A DNA stretch of 64,000 bases from Octopus sinensis. Its lineage: Eukaryota. The stretch spans positions 3,844,001 to 3,908,000 of the forward strand of contig NC_043020.1 of assembly GCF_006345805.1 (NCBI RefSeq), in the 5' to 3' direction. Made by a program: the position numbers and the translations under genes. Under the pieces are notes generated by a model. It searched no databases, was not told the origin of the DNA, and worked only from the letters and a program-made list of their open reading frames with translations. Positions 48,801-61,775 of this stretch are shown one piece after another (position 1 is the stretch's first letter; each line of letters opens with the position of its first letter).

Positions 48801-50311
48801 ACAAAACACGACAGCAGAGTGGACAAGAAACATCAGCGATCTAACTGTCAGCTGTACTCATGACAAGAGATGCCAGTTAATCTTTTACACCTGCCAGGCT
48901 CATTCGTATTAGCCCGAGTTGTGGGATAATTTTTAGTTCCTTTAAGAACGGAAACTTTTCATAGATTGAAATTTATATCCTAATCTCTATAGAAATTTAT
49001 TGTTTCAAGAAAACATTGAATTTGAATTGCTTTTAATATATACGATTATAGGTAACAGCTAGGACTGTAACTTCTGAGCCCGAGTCAGGCGCGTGTAAAC
49101 GATGTCTAGAGAATGTCTGCTACGAATAATATACTTTTCTTTCTACTCTAGGCACAAGGCCCAAAATTTTGGGAGAGGGAGCCAGTCGATTAGATCAACC
49201 CCCAGCACGTAACTGGTACTTAATTTATCGACCCTGAAAGGATTAAAGGCAAAGTCGACCTTGGCGGAATTTGAACTCAGAACGTAAAGACAGACGAAAT
49301 ACCGCTAAGCATTTCGCCCGGCGTGCTAACGTTTCCGCCAGCTCGCCGCCTTACGAATAATATTTTTTGACACAGGATACCTCTGAGACGACCGCCAAAC
49401 GCTGAAAGACAATAAATGAACTGTGACGAAGCTCAATAATAGGAGGCCAGGTTATTAGTTGCAATTACATATTTGAAGTCAGTGCTTGCAGAAATTAAAT
49501 CAGGTTGCAAATACACGTTCACTTCACTAAATTTATACTCGACCTATGTACGAACACCTTGAGTGCCGGAATCGCCACTGGTATGTATGTATGTATATAT
49601 ATATTCTTTTCTTTTTTTATTTGTTTCAGTAATTTGACTGCGGTCATGCTGGACCTACGCCTTTAGTCGAACAAATCGACCCCAGGACTTATTCTTTGTA
49701 AGCCTAGTACTTATTCTAGCGGTCTCTTTTGCCGTGGGGGGCAAAGTTAGATTTCTTATAAAAATTCTTCATATTAAATTTGCAAGTATTTCATTAAAGA
49801 TATGAAAATTTTACAAGTATAAATTGTGTTATGCGCATTTATAGAACACAGTCCTATATAAACTCAAAAGATATTAAAAGTTTTATAAAATTTTAATCCA
49901 TGCATACGATCGTTTCAAATGGTTACTCCAGCATGTAAGAAACATGGAAGAAATTAAATTAATTATGATTATATTTAAATTAAATGAATTAAATATTACC
50001 ATTTTCCTCGGTGCAAAAATGAAGAATACATCAAAAAGTCGTAACAAGAAAATTACGTTGTTACATGGAGTCTACATGGAGTCTGTGTCGCATCACTCAT
50101 TCGGATATTCATAAAATGTTTGTGAAAGATGCAATATAAGAATATGCTTAGGTTGTGTTGAGTCAGTTGTGTAAGAACTAAAACTGACTTGGCTAACGGA
50201 TATTTTGAAATATAAGTAGGAAAAGTTAAAGAAACATTCTCTCTGAACCCGGAACTATGTATTTGTAAGCAAGCTATTTACCACATAGCCACTCCTGCGT
50301 CTATATATATG

Positions 50312-50730
50312 CAGTGGCGTACCTAGCACAAGTGCCGCCCGGGACGGATGTTTATTTAGCCGCCCCTTAAAAGTTTTAAATAACATTTCAAAACACCAAA
50401 AGCGGAATAATATAGGTATCATGTATGCAAACTAAGACAAACTGTAGCAACCATTTATTTCCCTCAAATTTACTTTTATTATGTTTATACACAAAAAAAT
50501 AATAGGAAAAATAGGAAAAAAGAACAGAAAATGAATGAAATACAAAAATAAACGATTTACAAATTGATTTTAGGTGCCTTCCTCTTCGCGAAATCTTGAA
50601 TGACTTCATCAAAATTGATTTTATCCGCAAGGTCACGCTGTATGGATTGTATTGCCTAATCAATCAACCTCGTTTGAGTTTTTGTTGACCTGAGGTGGTT
50701 CTTGATGAGCTTTGGTTTAAGGAGAGAGCG
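50312..50730 (-). mobile_element. hAT transposon 3' end
   Basis: CAGTGGCGTACCTAG terminus; KLIKNHLRSTKTQTRL..AIQSI..INFDEVIQDFAKRK is the hAT C-terminal dimerisation motif. Confidence 0.8.
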
Positions 50731-50754
50731 TGTTAGACAGACAGACAGACAGGC

Positions 50755-50826
<72 letters not shown>

Positions 50827-51089
50827 GGTAAAAGCTAATGAAAAACTAGGAACGATCTAAATTAGGGACACACACAAAATGAGACCCAGTGAATTAATAA
50901 GTTATAATTTATTAATTATCTCTCTATTTTCTTGTCTTATAAGAAATAAATATACATAAACCACTGTTTATATAGTTACCTTGCAGTTGAGAACTGTAAC
51001 GTTCAACATTCTTTGTATAGATAACTAACCAGTACTTTCATAGGATTTAGCTATCTTTGAATGAGATTTGTAACCTTTATTTGTACTTC

Positions 51090-51208
<119 letters not shown>

Positions 51209-51248
51209 TTAAAAAAGGAGATGTGGAACACGAGTTGTGATATATAAA

Positions 51249-51441
51249 AAAAGGAAATGAAGAAAATGCTGATAAAATAATTTAAGTAATTTAAGTAATT
51301 TAATTAGGTGAAAGTTCTTTTTACCGATAAGAGGAAAAAACTTTTGATAAGCATAACAAATGCACAACCGGTAAAAAGAACTTTCACCTAATTAAATTAC
51401 TTAAATTACTTAAATTATTTTGTCAGCATTTACTTCATTTC

Positions 51442-51446
<5 letters not shown>
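51249..51446. repeat. foldback with 78-bp arms and 42-bp spacer between (TA)n tracts
   Basis: Arms match as reverse complements with about 2 mismatches. Confidence 0.9.
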
Positions 51447-51537
<91 letters not shown>

Positions 51538-51782
51538 GTGTAAACAAAGTTAGCGGTTATAATAACCGACTAAGGGATAAAAATATCCGTATATACTATC
51601 GATATACGTTACTCGTATCAGCAAACTTCCCCTCTATTTATTACTGAATATTTTCCCCTCTTCTTCATTGTTAAAAGTAAAAAAGCTAGAAAAGATTGAT
51701 CGTATTTCATTGTAAATGACTGAAGCTTTCCTTTCTCTGTCTCTATCGTTTCACTCTTTTTCTCCACGGTTAAGAGAGTGAA

Positions 51783-52060
51783 GGTGCGTGGCTCAGTGGT
51801 TAGGGGTATTCGGCCCACAATCATAAAGCCATGAGTACGATTCCCTGCGGCGCGCTGTGCTATTGAGCAAGGCACTCTACTTCCCCTTGCTGCAGTCCAC
51901 TCAGCTGTCAAAAATTAGTTGCACCTGTAATTCTATGTGTGGCTGAATCTCCCTGAGAACTACCTAATGGTATGCATGTCTGTGGAGTACTCAACCACTT
52001 GCGCATTAATTTTACAAGCAGACTGTTCGTTGATCAGATAAACAGGAATCGACGGAGTGC
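51783..52060 (+). mobile_element. SINE family D
   Basis: GCGTGGCTCAGTGGTTAGG A-box, GTACGATTCCC B-box-like, TTGAGCAAGGCAC core. Confidence 0.75.
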
Positions 52061-52686
52061 CATTAAAAAAAAAAGGTGAAAGGAAAGGAAATGTTCCATA
52101 TCGTAAGGCAAAAATGTCGTGGGCTTAGTATAAGCAGTGAAAGCTAAAATGAAATAATTGCTATTCTGCGTTAATGATATGGATGTCTGTGGAGTACTCA
52201 GCCATTTGCAAGTTAATTTTATCCTCGTGTGGTAATGAAAAGTGAAAGTGACATCCAATTTTTGCTTTAGTTATTTAACAATATGTCTATGTATCTACTG
52301 TCTCTCTCACTTTCTCTCTTTCTCTTTCACTTCCTCTGTGTCCCTCCTCTCTCCCGCTTTAACATTGTGTGTATGTCGCTATGTATCTACTTTTCTTGCG
52401 ATGTGATAAACATTCAAAAACACAAAATGAATACCGTCACCACTCACTGTCTTTTTCTTCTCTCTCTCTCTCTCTCTCACTCTCTCTTACTTCCTCTCTG
52501 AAACATTTAAAAACACAAAACGAACACCGTCACCACTCACTCTCTCTCTCTCTTTCTCTTTAACTTCCCCTCTGTCCTCCTCTCTCTCGCTTTGCAACTC
52601 ACTTCTTTGAAGTAAGTGTGACACATACGCCAGGTACATACAAAGAAATACAAAAAACAAAATGGCATATTAATATTATTGATAAG

Positions 52687-53166
52687 TTTTGTCTTGGTAT
52701 AAAAGATGGGCTACAGCAAATATTCTGCTCAATGCTACAGATTTGTTTGTCAGTTGTTTGACCGTAACCAGTTGAGTATGTCCCTTAGTGGCTGACGATA
52801 TGTGCATCTCTGATCACGAGCAGAAGTAGTGAGGGAGAATCATGGCCATGTGTTGAGAGGAATTCATTTGGGTTTGGATAATTCACCTTTGGAAACATTG
52901 GATGTTTCCTTCAACATCCTTAAATAACCCTCATTTAGGGACTTTTTGAGTGGGATGGGCTACTCAACCGGAAAAAATTTCTAAGTGGGTCACACCTGCA
53001 AGGTCATGTGCTGTTTAACTGGATATGAGATCACCATATCGCGCACATATGGTTGTGATGCATGTGCCTGGTGTACCCTTATCAGATGGGTAGTCACGAT
53101 GGGTATAGAAGGCTTCGTATATTTTACCCCAGTGTCACTTTGATGACATACACTGCTCTTTCACTC
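52687..53166 (+). mobile_element. ~540-bp (AAT)n-flanked non-coding element, copy 1 (5'-truncated)
   Basis: Homologous to 53203-53757 and to the reverse complement of 61055-61573. Confidence 0.85.
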
Positions 53167-53202
<36 letters not shown>

Positions 53203-53757
53203 TGCCCTGATGTAGTACCAGGCAATGGCTCTCATGGCTTCTCATCGTAACTGATTGGAAGTGTTATCATGTACATTGTTTTTTCTTGGTATAAAAGTTT
53301 GGCTACAGCAAATATTCTGCTCAATACCACAGATTTGCTTGTCAGTTGTTTGACCGTAACCAGTTGAGTCTGTCCCTTGGTGGCTGACGATATGTGCATC
53401 TCTGATCACGAGCAGAAGTAGTCAGGGAGCATCATAGCCATGTGTTGAGAGGGATTCTTTGGGGTTTGAATAATTCACCTCTGGAAACATGAATGTTTTG
53501 TTCAACATCCTTAAACAACCCTTATTCAGGGACCTTTTGAGCGGGATGAGTTACTCGACCAGAAGAAAATTCTAACTGGGCCCCACCTGCAAGGTCATGT
53601 GCTGTTTATCTTGATATGAGATCACCATGTCACGCACATATGGTTGTGATGCATGTGCCTGGTGTATCCTTATCAGATGGGTAGTCATGATGGGTATATT
53701 GGGCTTCGTGTATTTTACCCCAGTGTCACTTTGATGGCATGAACTGCTCTCTCAATC
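53203..53757 (+). mobile_element. ~540-bp (AAT)n-flanked non-coding element, copy 2 (complete)
   Basis: TGCCCTGATG...ACTGCTCTCTCAATC flanked by (AAT)n on both sides. Confidence 0.85.
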
Positions 53758-53761
53758 AATC

Positions 53762-53821
<60 letters not shown>

Positions 53822-54030
53822 CCTGCCTACCATAGGCACAAGGCCTGAAAATGGGGGAGGAGGGTAGTCGATTACATCGATCTCAGTACTCATCTGGTAC
53901 TTAATCTGTCGAATCCGAAAGGACGAAAGAAAAAGCCAACCTTGGCGGAATTTAACTCAGAACGTAGCGACGAGCGAAATATCGCTATGCATTTTGCCCG
54001 GCGTGCTAACGATTCTGCCAGGTCGCCGCC

Positions 54031-54031
<1 letters not shown>

Positions 54032-54067
<36 letters not shown>

Positions 54068-54087
54068 TGATGATAATAATAATAATA

Positions 54088-54160
<73 letters not shown>

Positions 54161-54168
54161 TGATAATA

Positions 54169-54205
<37 letters not shown>

Positions 54206-54216
54206 TAATAATAATG

Positions 54217-54273
<57 letters not shown>

Positions 54274-54384
54274 GTAATAATAATAATAATAATAACAATA
54301 ATAATAATAATAATAATAATGATAATAATAATAATAATGACAATAATAATAATAATAATAATAATGATAATAATAATAATAATG

Positions 54385-54461
<77 letters not shown>

Positions 54462-54465
54462 TCTT
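54032..54465. repeat. ~430-bp interrupted (AAT)n
   Basis: Direct reading. Confidence 0.95.
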
Positions 54466-54523
54466 TTATTGCCCACAAGGGCTATTATAAAAGCAACATG
54501 AAATGACAAAACAGGACGATACA

Positions 54524-54554
<31 letters not shown>

Positions 54555-54741
54555 TGTAGGGGTTGAAGGATAGTTTGAATATGGCCGATGTAGTGTAGCT
54601 CGAAGAATGACGTCGACGTCGACGACGGTAATGACGAAGAGGAAGAAGTTTTCTGTTTCTCGCTTTTCGTGACGTTGTTGTATTATCTTAACGACTTCTC
54701 TCGCTTCTTCATAACAATATCAGGAATATTTATGGAAACAA

Positions 54742-54836
54742 AAATCCAAATGACTAGTTAATCCTTCACGTCTGTCATTTCTAAGGTTTTCCGTTTTGAC
54801 GCGAGCAATCGATTTATATTACTCCCGCTCGCTTAG
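54742..54836 (+). repeat. left arm of ~95-bp inverted repeat (partner 60550-60643)
   Basis: AAATCCAAATGA..TTAATCCTTCACGTCTGTCATTTCTAAGGTTTTCC..GACGCGAGCAATCGATT.ATATTACTCCCGCTCGCT. Confidence 0.85.
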
Positions 54837-54859
54837 TCTCTCTCTCTCTCTTTCTCTTT

Positions 54860-54890
<31 letters not shown>

Positions 54891-54893
54891 AAT

Positions 54894-55005
<112 letters not shown>

Positions 55006-55834
55006 GTCTGTCTATCTATCTATCTATCTATCTATCTATCAATCAATCTATCTATCTATCTATCTATCTATCTAACTATGTCTCACACACATTTATACTC
55101 AACCATGTATACACAGAAGTATGACCACATATATATTAATTATATATACACACATACATACATGCATATTTACACACACACATATATTTATAGAGCAATA
55201 CTTTTATATTCGAGTGTACAACTTGTTAAATGCTGTTCAAATGCTGTCCAGTTTTCGGCTACCTTATGTCAACAACATTATAGAGGTCTATGCTAGTGGA
55301 TTTACGTCAGGAGTTCGTTTGTGTCCGTAGAGTTTATACCAGTACACAATGAATAGAAACGATTGTAGTTCTTCTAAATGAAGAGTCTTGTGAATTCCAT
55401 TTACTTGTCTTGCATTATATATTGCGCTTATGCCCCGTGAGACTAATAACCTGGTGTAGAACTCAAACTACGGATATTTCAGAACAAAGTGTAAGATGAG
55501 TACTGAGCGGTAATAAGAAAAAGAGATGACATGGGAAAAACAATGGTTATGTTATGAACTCCATTTGCTTTACAGCTGTTTCTGCTATAGTATGCAGTGG
55601 ACTCTTATTTGAGCACATATATAAATACATATACATACATTCATACATATATACACACACATGTACACATAAATATACACATATAGGATGTTATTCAGAT
55701 AACATCCTATAGCTTCGTCAGAGCCTCGAATATGAAGTGCAAGTAATTTGGGAAAAAGGAATATACAGGGAAAGAGGTAGATAGCTGGTATGTAATTGTA
55801 CATTTGTTTCCATGTATTATGTATTGTGTAAAAA

Positions 55835-55911
55835 CATCCTGATGAGGGGAGCGTCAATTTCGAATATATGAAATGTTTCATATTAATTGGCGCCTCTCCG
55901 AAACGGAGATG
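55835..55911 (+). ncRNA. degenerate hammerhead motif with long stem II
   Basis: CATC-CTGATGA-GGGGAGCGTCAATT..AATTGGCGCCTCTCC-GAAAC-GGA-GATG; U16.1 missing. Confidence 0.5.
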
Positions 55912-56405
55912 AACATTTTTGTAATTTTGTATATATAATTTTTTCGGTATTTTTTCTGGAATTTTAATTCGTCATTTTAATATGCCATTGTATGTTTTAT
56001 TGTCCCAAATTTTTTATTTAACAAGTAATTTACCAAACGTTTCATGATTTTAAGCGTAAATTCAATGTGCTTTGTATGCAACACTGATTCTTATATATTT
56101 ATATATATTGTATGGTGTTTATTTATTTATATATTATTATATACTTTTAAACGTCGGGCTTTATGTCTGTTCTGTAGATATAAATGACTATATGAATATA
56201 TGTATGTGTTTGATCTTTCTGTGGATTTTGTAATGTTCCTTTTGTTGCTGCTCACATTGCCTCTGCTCAGATTAACAAGTCGAATATAGCACATTTGGAG
56301 CACTACAACTCCTGTCTGTCTTATATTTTGAGTATTGTTATTACTAGCGATCTCAAGATATGCACTACATAACGAAGACAAGACACGATGTAGTTAAAGG
56401 AATTT

Positions 56406-56444
56406 GAGAAATTTGAAAAGTTTACACGAAACCGGTTATTTCTC
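56406..56444 (+). ncRNA. 39-nt type I hammerhead motif with U3-A8 core variant
   Basis: GAGAAAT-TTGAAAA-GT-TTAC-AC-GAAA-C-CG-G-TT-ATTTCTC; 7/7 stem I, ACCGGT palindromic stem III. Confidence 0.6.
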
Positions 56445-56550
56445 CAAAAGCTATATTACTATACACAAAATTTTCTAACATTTTTCTAACATAACGACTT
56501 AAATATATTCTTAATCTTATAAAACAAGCCTTCTATAGTTTTTCACTCTT

Positions 56551-56647
<97 letters not shown>

Positions 56648-57408
56648 AGTATGTATGTATATGCTGCGCCATTTAACTGAACAATGCAATCATTACATTT
56701 TCTTCTGATTCTTAGCTTATGATAAATATATAGATAGCACGATTTATCGCCCCAGTATTCCACAAGTAAATACCCAGAGCAGTCTTTATAGAATTAATTA
56801 AGTACATGAATGAATAGTAAACTAATTCTGTGTAATCTTCCCTTTCTAATGTTGAAAATTGGTATATGTACACATTTTATTTAATCTGGTTATAATATCA
56901 TTTTTAAAAATCTTAGATTTTATCTTTATGCAACATAACAATATCGTTTATATACAATCACCAACAGTACCCCATGATAATTTCCTCTGTATTAACATCA
57001 TAGGTTTTATTAGCGTCTTGCTCTTTTAACTGGTAATTAGAATCTTGATTTAGAGTTTCCCCCTACCCAGCCTCCTTTATAGACTGTTACTTTATACTAA
57101 TCCTAAAATCCTGACAATATTTATGACCATACCCACCTATGTGCTATCAACTCACTCCTGCCCTCCATTCTAAACAGACAGTCCTCTAGTCTTAGATTTT
57201 GTAGTTGATAATAAGACTAATAAATTAAAAATGAACCACAATCCTTTACAAGCTATGACCCCAACAAACTTCATACAGTTCTTAGAATTGTAGTATATTC
57301 TTAGCTACATTAGTGGCAACATGGCCTTTTTCCCTATTCTTGCTCTATCAGAGCATTTGAATAAAATTATATCAATGTGTCCAACTGATAAAAAAATTGT
57401 ATTTATTT

Positions 57409-57497
57409 ATGCAACTGAGGATAGTCCTGCATTTAAATTGATGTAATGATTGCATTGTTCAATTTAAATTGAACCGCTTGAAACGGTCGTACTGCAT
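57409..57497 (+). ncRNA. type I hammerhead motif (PLE-type)
   Basis: ATGCA(A)-CTGAGGA-..ATTTAAATTGA/TCAATTTAAAT..-GAAAC-GGTC-GTA-(C)TGCAT. Confidence 0.6.
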
Positions 57498-57631
57498 CAC
57501 CTCTTGATATCCTATTGTTTATTTTGATTTTATTCACCTTACTTTGAGTTGTACGGATAATACCGCACTGATCTGGTGCTTCAACTTAAGTACCTAATTC
57601 AACTATATATATATATGTGTGTATATGTATG

Positions 57632-57664
<33 letters not shown>

Positions 57665-57689
57665 CCGAATTTGTGTAAATATGTACTGA

Positions 57690-60060
57690 ATATTGTATCA
57701 GTTAAATAAAGTTAAAACCTTTCAACCTCACTTATGCCTAGTATTTTGTGGAAAGGAAAAATTAGAAACATTTCCTGACCATATGCTTCTCTCAATGGAA
57801 TTTGGCGAACATTAATGTTCCAGATTTGCTGTCTGCAGACTCGTGAGCGCTACGATAATTCATTCCCTGTCTCGCCAATTTCTGGATCCTTGCAATTAGG
57901 GCATTTAATGCAGTAGATCAAATTTCAGCTTTTGAAGTTCATATCTACATTTACTGTCTATTTTTTTTTGTTCCAATGGATCTTCCCGTCTGCATGTATT
58001 GACACGTTACACATCTGTTATCAATATACTTGGATACTGCTAATGTTTTATCCTGCTTGTTCATGTTGAATTTTGCCTTTGTTATAAGTTTCTTCACGGT
58101 GTAGAGTTGCTTTTTGCTTATGATAAGTGATTAGTTATTATGTTTTTTAATTTTTCACTGTTTCATGATTGGCAAATTTGTTTTGATGATGTTTCAAATG
58201 TTTTGGTGATACGGATGGTACCTTACTAGAAATGGTATTGTGTTCTTTTTATGGGTTCGTCTTTCTCGTGTTGGCCTAAGCTGATCTAGAGGTGTCTCTT
58301 TTACTCGTTGTATGCTATTTTCTATAAGTAGCAGAGTGTATTTTTGCTTGAGCAGAAATCCTTTGAGTTCTATAAGTCGTACGTTCCTGGTATTTCGGTT
58401 ATCTACAATAGTATAAATTTTCCTGGCTAGACAGTACGGGATGTTGCGCTTTGTGTGTGTCGGGTGGCATGATTTGAAATTTAGGTTCTGGTTGCATCTA
58501 TGCTTTTGCAATAAATATCAGTTATGATTGTGGTGCTGTTTTTAATTACCATTATGTCAAGAAATAATTATGTGAATTTGAGACTAGGGTGTCGATCGTT
58601 TTGAGGAGGGTGCTGATTTCTTCCAGATTTTCTAGGGACTTGGTCCAAATTAGGAAACAATCATCTAGGTATCTCTTCCATGTGTCCTCTATGTCTCTTC
58701 AATTTTTTAATATAGGTTTTGTTCCAAGTATCCCAATACTGAGTTCGCGAAAACTGGAGCAAATCGGTCTCCGCAGATGTGCCTCGAATTTGGAGGTAGT
58801 TTTTACGTTGAAAAGGAACGTATTGTTTTCGAGGATGAGGCTGGCCGAGTCTAGTTTGAAGGTTACAGGAAATCTACTGAGGATCGCTTCTCTATGTTTC
58901 TCAACCCAATATTTTATGGCAATAATTCCCAAATCATGGGAAATGTTCGTATGTAAGTTTGTTACATCAAAACTAAGAGTGAATTGGATTCTGTTGTTTT
59001 CAGCAGATGTGACAGGAAATCAATGTCATCCTGAATGAAGCTGGGTATGTGATTACATAATAGTTTTAGGATAATGTCAATGAGGTTGCTCAGACGATGT
59101 GTCGGACAGGCTGCACCTTAGTTTAAGGTCTTTCGTTTGTAGTAGTCTTATGTATTCACTACCTTGTTTTATTTTATAGCATTTTGTATTTGTTTTGATG
59201 TATGTATTTCAGGTAAGCCATAGAAGTTGCTGGATTTCGACTCAAAATTGGTAATATAGTCCTTCATTAGGAGCGACGGAGTGATAACGTTTCAAGACCA
59301 AATAATCGAGTTTCTTCATGATGTGGTGGTCAATATTTGAGGGTATTTCACGGTAGAACGTTGTAGTCTTCAAAAGATCTTCAGCTAGATCCCGGTAATA
59401 TTCCGTATCCATTATAACAATGGCATCCTCTTTATCCGTTTGTTTCATGACAATTGTGTTGTTATTTTTAAGACGTACAAGGACTGACTTTTCTAGTTTT
59501 GGAATGTTTGGTCTGGCATCGATGTTATGCCTCAGTGGAAATCTGGAAAGGATATCAATGAACTGATCTAGATGTGCATTTCGTCCTTTTGGCAGGTTAA
59601 ATTTTGATTTATTTTTCGCCAAGGATTCGTCATTCTCATTATTTTTATCAATAAAAAAACTCCACAAGTCATAGTTTCTGACAAAAGTTTTGGATATCTT
59701 CCCCAATTCTTGATGGTTGACTGAAGGTGTGAAGTTTTGTCCTTTCATCAATAATCGAAGTTCGTCGCTGTCTATATTTCCAATTGACAGATTAATATCC
59801 TATCAGTTGTTTCACAGTTATTTCTTCTTGAACTTTTTCTTGCTCCGCTGTGTGCCGCCCTGATCCTAAAATCACGGTGACGAGCGGCACAAAGAAGTAC
59901 GATCGCGTCCACGTGGACGGAAACATGCGGCAGAAGGAGCAGAGCACGACATTTGTCACGGCCTTTTCCACGATCTTCGCCACGGCGTTAGCGGCGGCCT
60001 TAGCCACGGCTTTCGTCACGGCCCCCTCCACCGGCCGCCGGTCAGGTGATGCGAACCTTC
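57690..60060 (-). mobile_element. near full-length decayed Penelope-like element (Neptune-type RT + GIY-YIG)
   Basis: NLSI..LLMKGQNFTP, IVMKQTDKEDAIVIMD, FYGLPEIH, SFDVTNLHTNISH, CHPTHTKRNIPYCLARKI, RCVTC, NLIYCIKCPNC..IGETG. Confidence 0.9.
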
Positions 60061-60329
60061 CAGACCAGTTGAATAAACCTATCAGTAATGACTACTGGAC
60101 ACTGCTGCAAGCCAAATATGGTCAAATAAAGGAATTGTATGTAATGAGCATTATTTTAAAATTGTTTCTTGTATATCACTCTGTAGAAACTCCAGTTTAT
60201 TTGGAGGCCATCCAAGAATTTACACCGAAGAGCCATAACCTCGGAACCTACCAAAAGATTACTTGGAGTTCTTCACTAATCTAAGTAATACATTGTTAGC
60301 CTGCTTGATCTCTCTCTCTCTCTCTCCTC

Positions 60330-60452
<123 letters not shown>

Positions 60453-60549
60453 CATATGTATGTATAATTCATATACGATATGTGTACATAATTTCTGTAC
60501 ATACACGGTTGTGTATAAATGTGTGTGTGTGTCTGTGTCTGCGGAGGTG

Positions 60550-60643
60550 CTGAGCGAGCGGGAGTAATATGAATCGATTGCTCGCGTCAAATGGAAAACC
60601 TTAGAAATGACAGACGTGAAGGATTAACAAATCATTTGGATTT
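60550..60643 (-). repeat. right arm of ~95-bp inverted repeat (partner 54742-54836)
   Basis: Reverse complement of the left arm with few mismatches. Confidence 0.85.
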
Positions 60644-60734
60644 GGGATCCTGTAAATGTTCTTCAAATTGCTATGAAGAAACGAGAGAATTCGTTCTGGT
60701 AAAACGGCAACATGTCGTAAAAGTGATGGACGGA

Positions 60735-60783
60735 AAACTCCTCCACCTCCTCTTCCTCCTCTTCCACTTCTTCTTCTTCTTCC

Positions 60784-60814
<31 letters not shown>

Positions 60815-60864
60815 CTTCTTCTTCTTCTTCTTCTTCTTCTTCTTCTTCCTTTTCTTCTTCTTCT

Positions 60865-60899
<35 letters not shown>

Positions 60900-60924
60900 T
60901 TCTTCTTTTTCTTCTTCTTCTTCC

Positions 60925-60955
<31 letters not shown>

Positions 60956-60960
60956 CTTCA
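60735..60960. repeat. (CTT)n/(GAA)n tract
   Basis: Direct reading. Confidence 0.95.
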
Positions 60961-61054
60961 TCATTATCGTTATCATTATTCCTTATGCTCCATTCTATTA
61001 ACCATGTTCAAACTGTCGTTCAACAACCGTATTATTATAATTATTATTATTATT

Positions 61055-61573
61055 GAATGAGCGAGCAGAGCATGCCATCAAAGTGACACTGGGGTAAAAT
61101 ATACGAAGCCCAATATACCCATCATGACTACCCGTCTGATAAAGGTACACCAGGCACATGCATCACAACCATATGTGTGCGACATGGTGATCTCATATCA
61201 AGATAAACAGCATATGACCTTGCAGGTGGGGCCCAGTTAGAATTTTCTTCAGGTTGAGTAGCCCATCCCGCTCAAAAGGTCCCTAAATAAGGGTCGTTTA
61301 AGGATGTTGAAAGAACCACCCATGTTTCCAGAGGTGATTTATTCAAACCCCAAAGAATCCCTCTCAACACATGGTTATGATGCTCCCCCATTACTTCTGC
61401 TTGTGGTCAGAGATGCACATATCGTCAGCCACCAAGGGACACATTCAACTGGTTATGGTCAAACAACTGACAAGCAAATCTGTGGTATTGAGCAGAATAT
61501 TTGCTGTAGCCCATCTTTTATACCAAGACAAAACAATGTACGTGATAACACTTCCAATCAGTTAAGATCAGAA
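61055..61573 (-). mobile_element. ~540-bp (AAT)n-flanked non-coding element, copy 3
   Basis: Reverse complement of 53203-53757, flanked by (ATT)n on both sides. Confidence 0.85.
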
Positions 61574-61581
61574 TATTATTA

Positions 61582-61637
<56 letters not shown>

Positions 61638-61737
61638 GTTATTATTATTATTATTATTGTTATTGTTATTGTTATTGTTATTATTATTATTATTATTGTT
61701 ATTGTTATTATTATTATTATTATTATTGTTATTGTTA

Positions 61738-61775
<38 letters not shown>

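Noticed and set aside
51783-51850. tRNA gene-like sequence (also heads of other SINEs)
   Set aside because: A/B-box-like head of a SINE without a complete cloverleaf.
53957-54524. Poly-N/I/L ORFs (also 11374-11647, 60591-61001, 61304-62085)
   Set aside because: Trinucleotide microsatellites lacking stops in several frames.
60160-60290. Hammerhead in the 5' region of the Neptune element (GTGAAGA-ACTCCA..TGGAGT on minus)
   Set aside because: GAAA and stem III are absent, and the 3-8 positions are not complementary.
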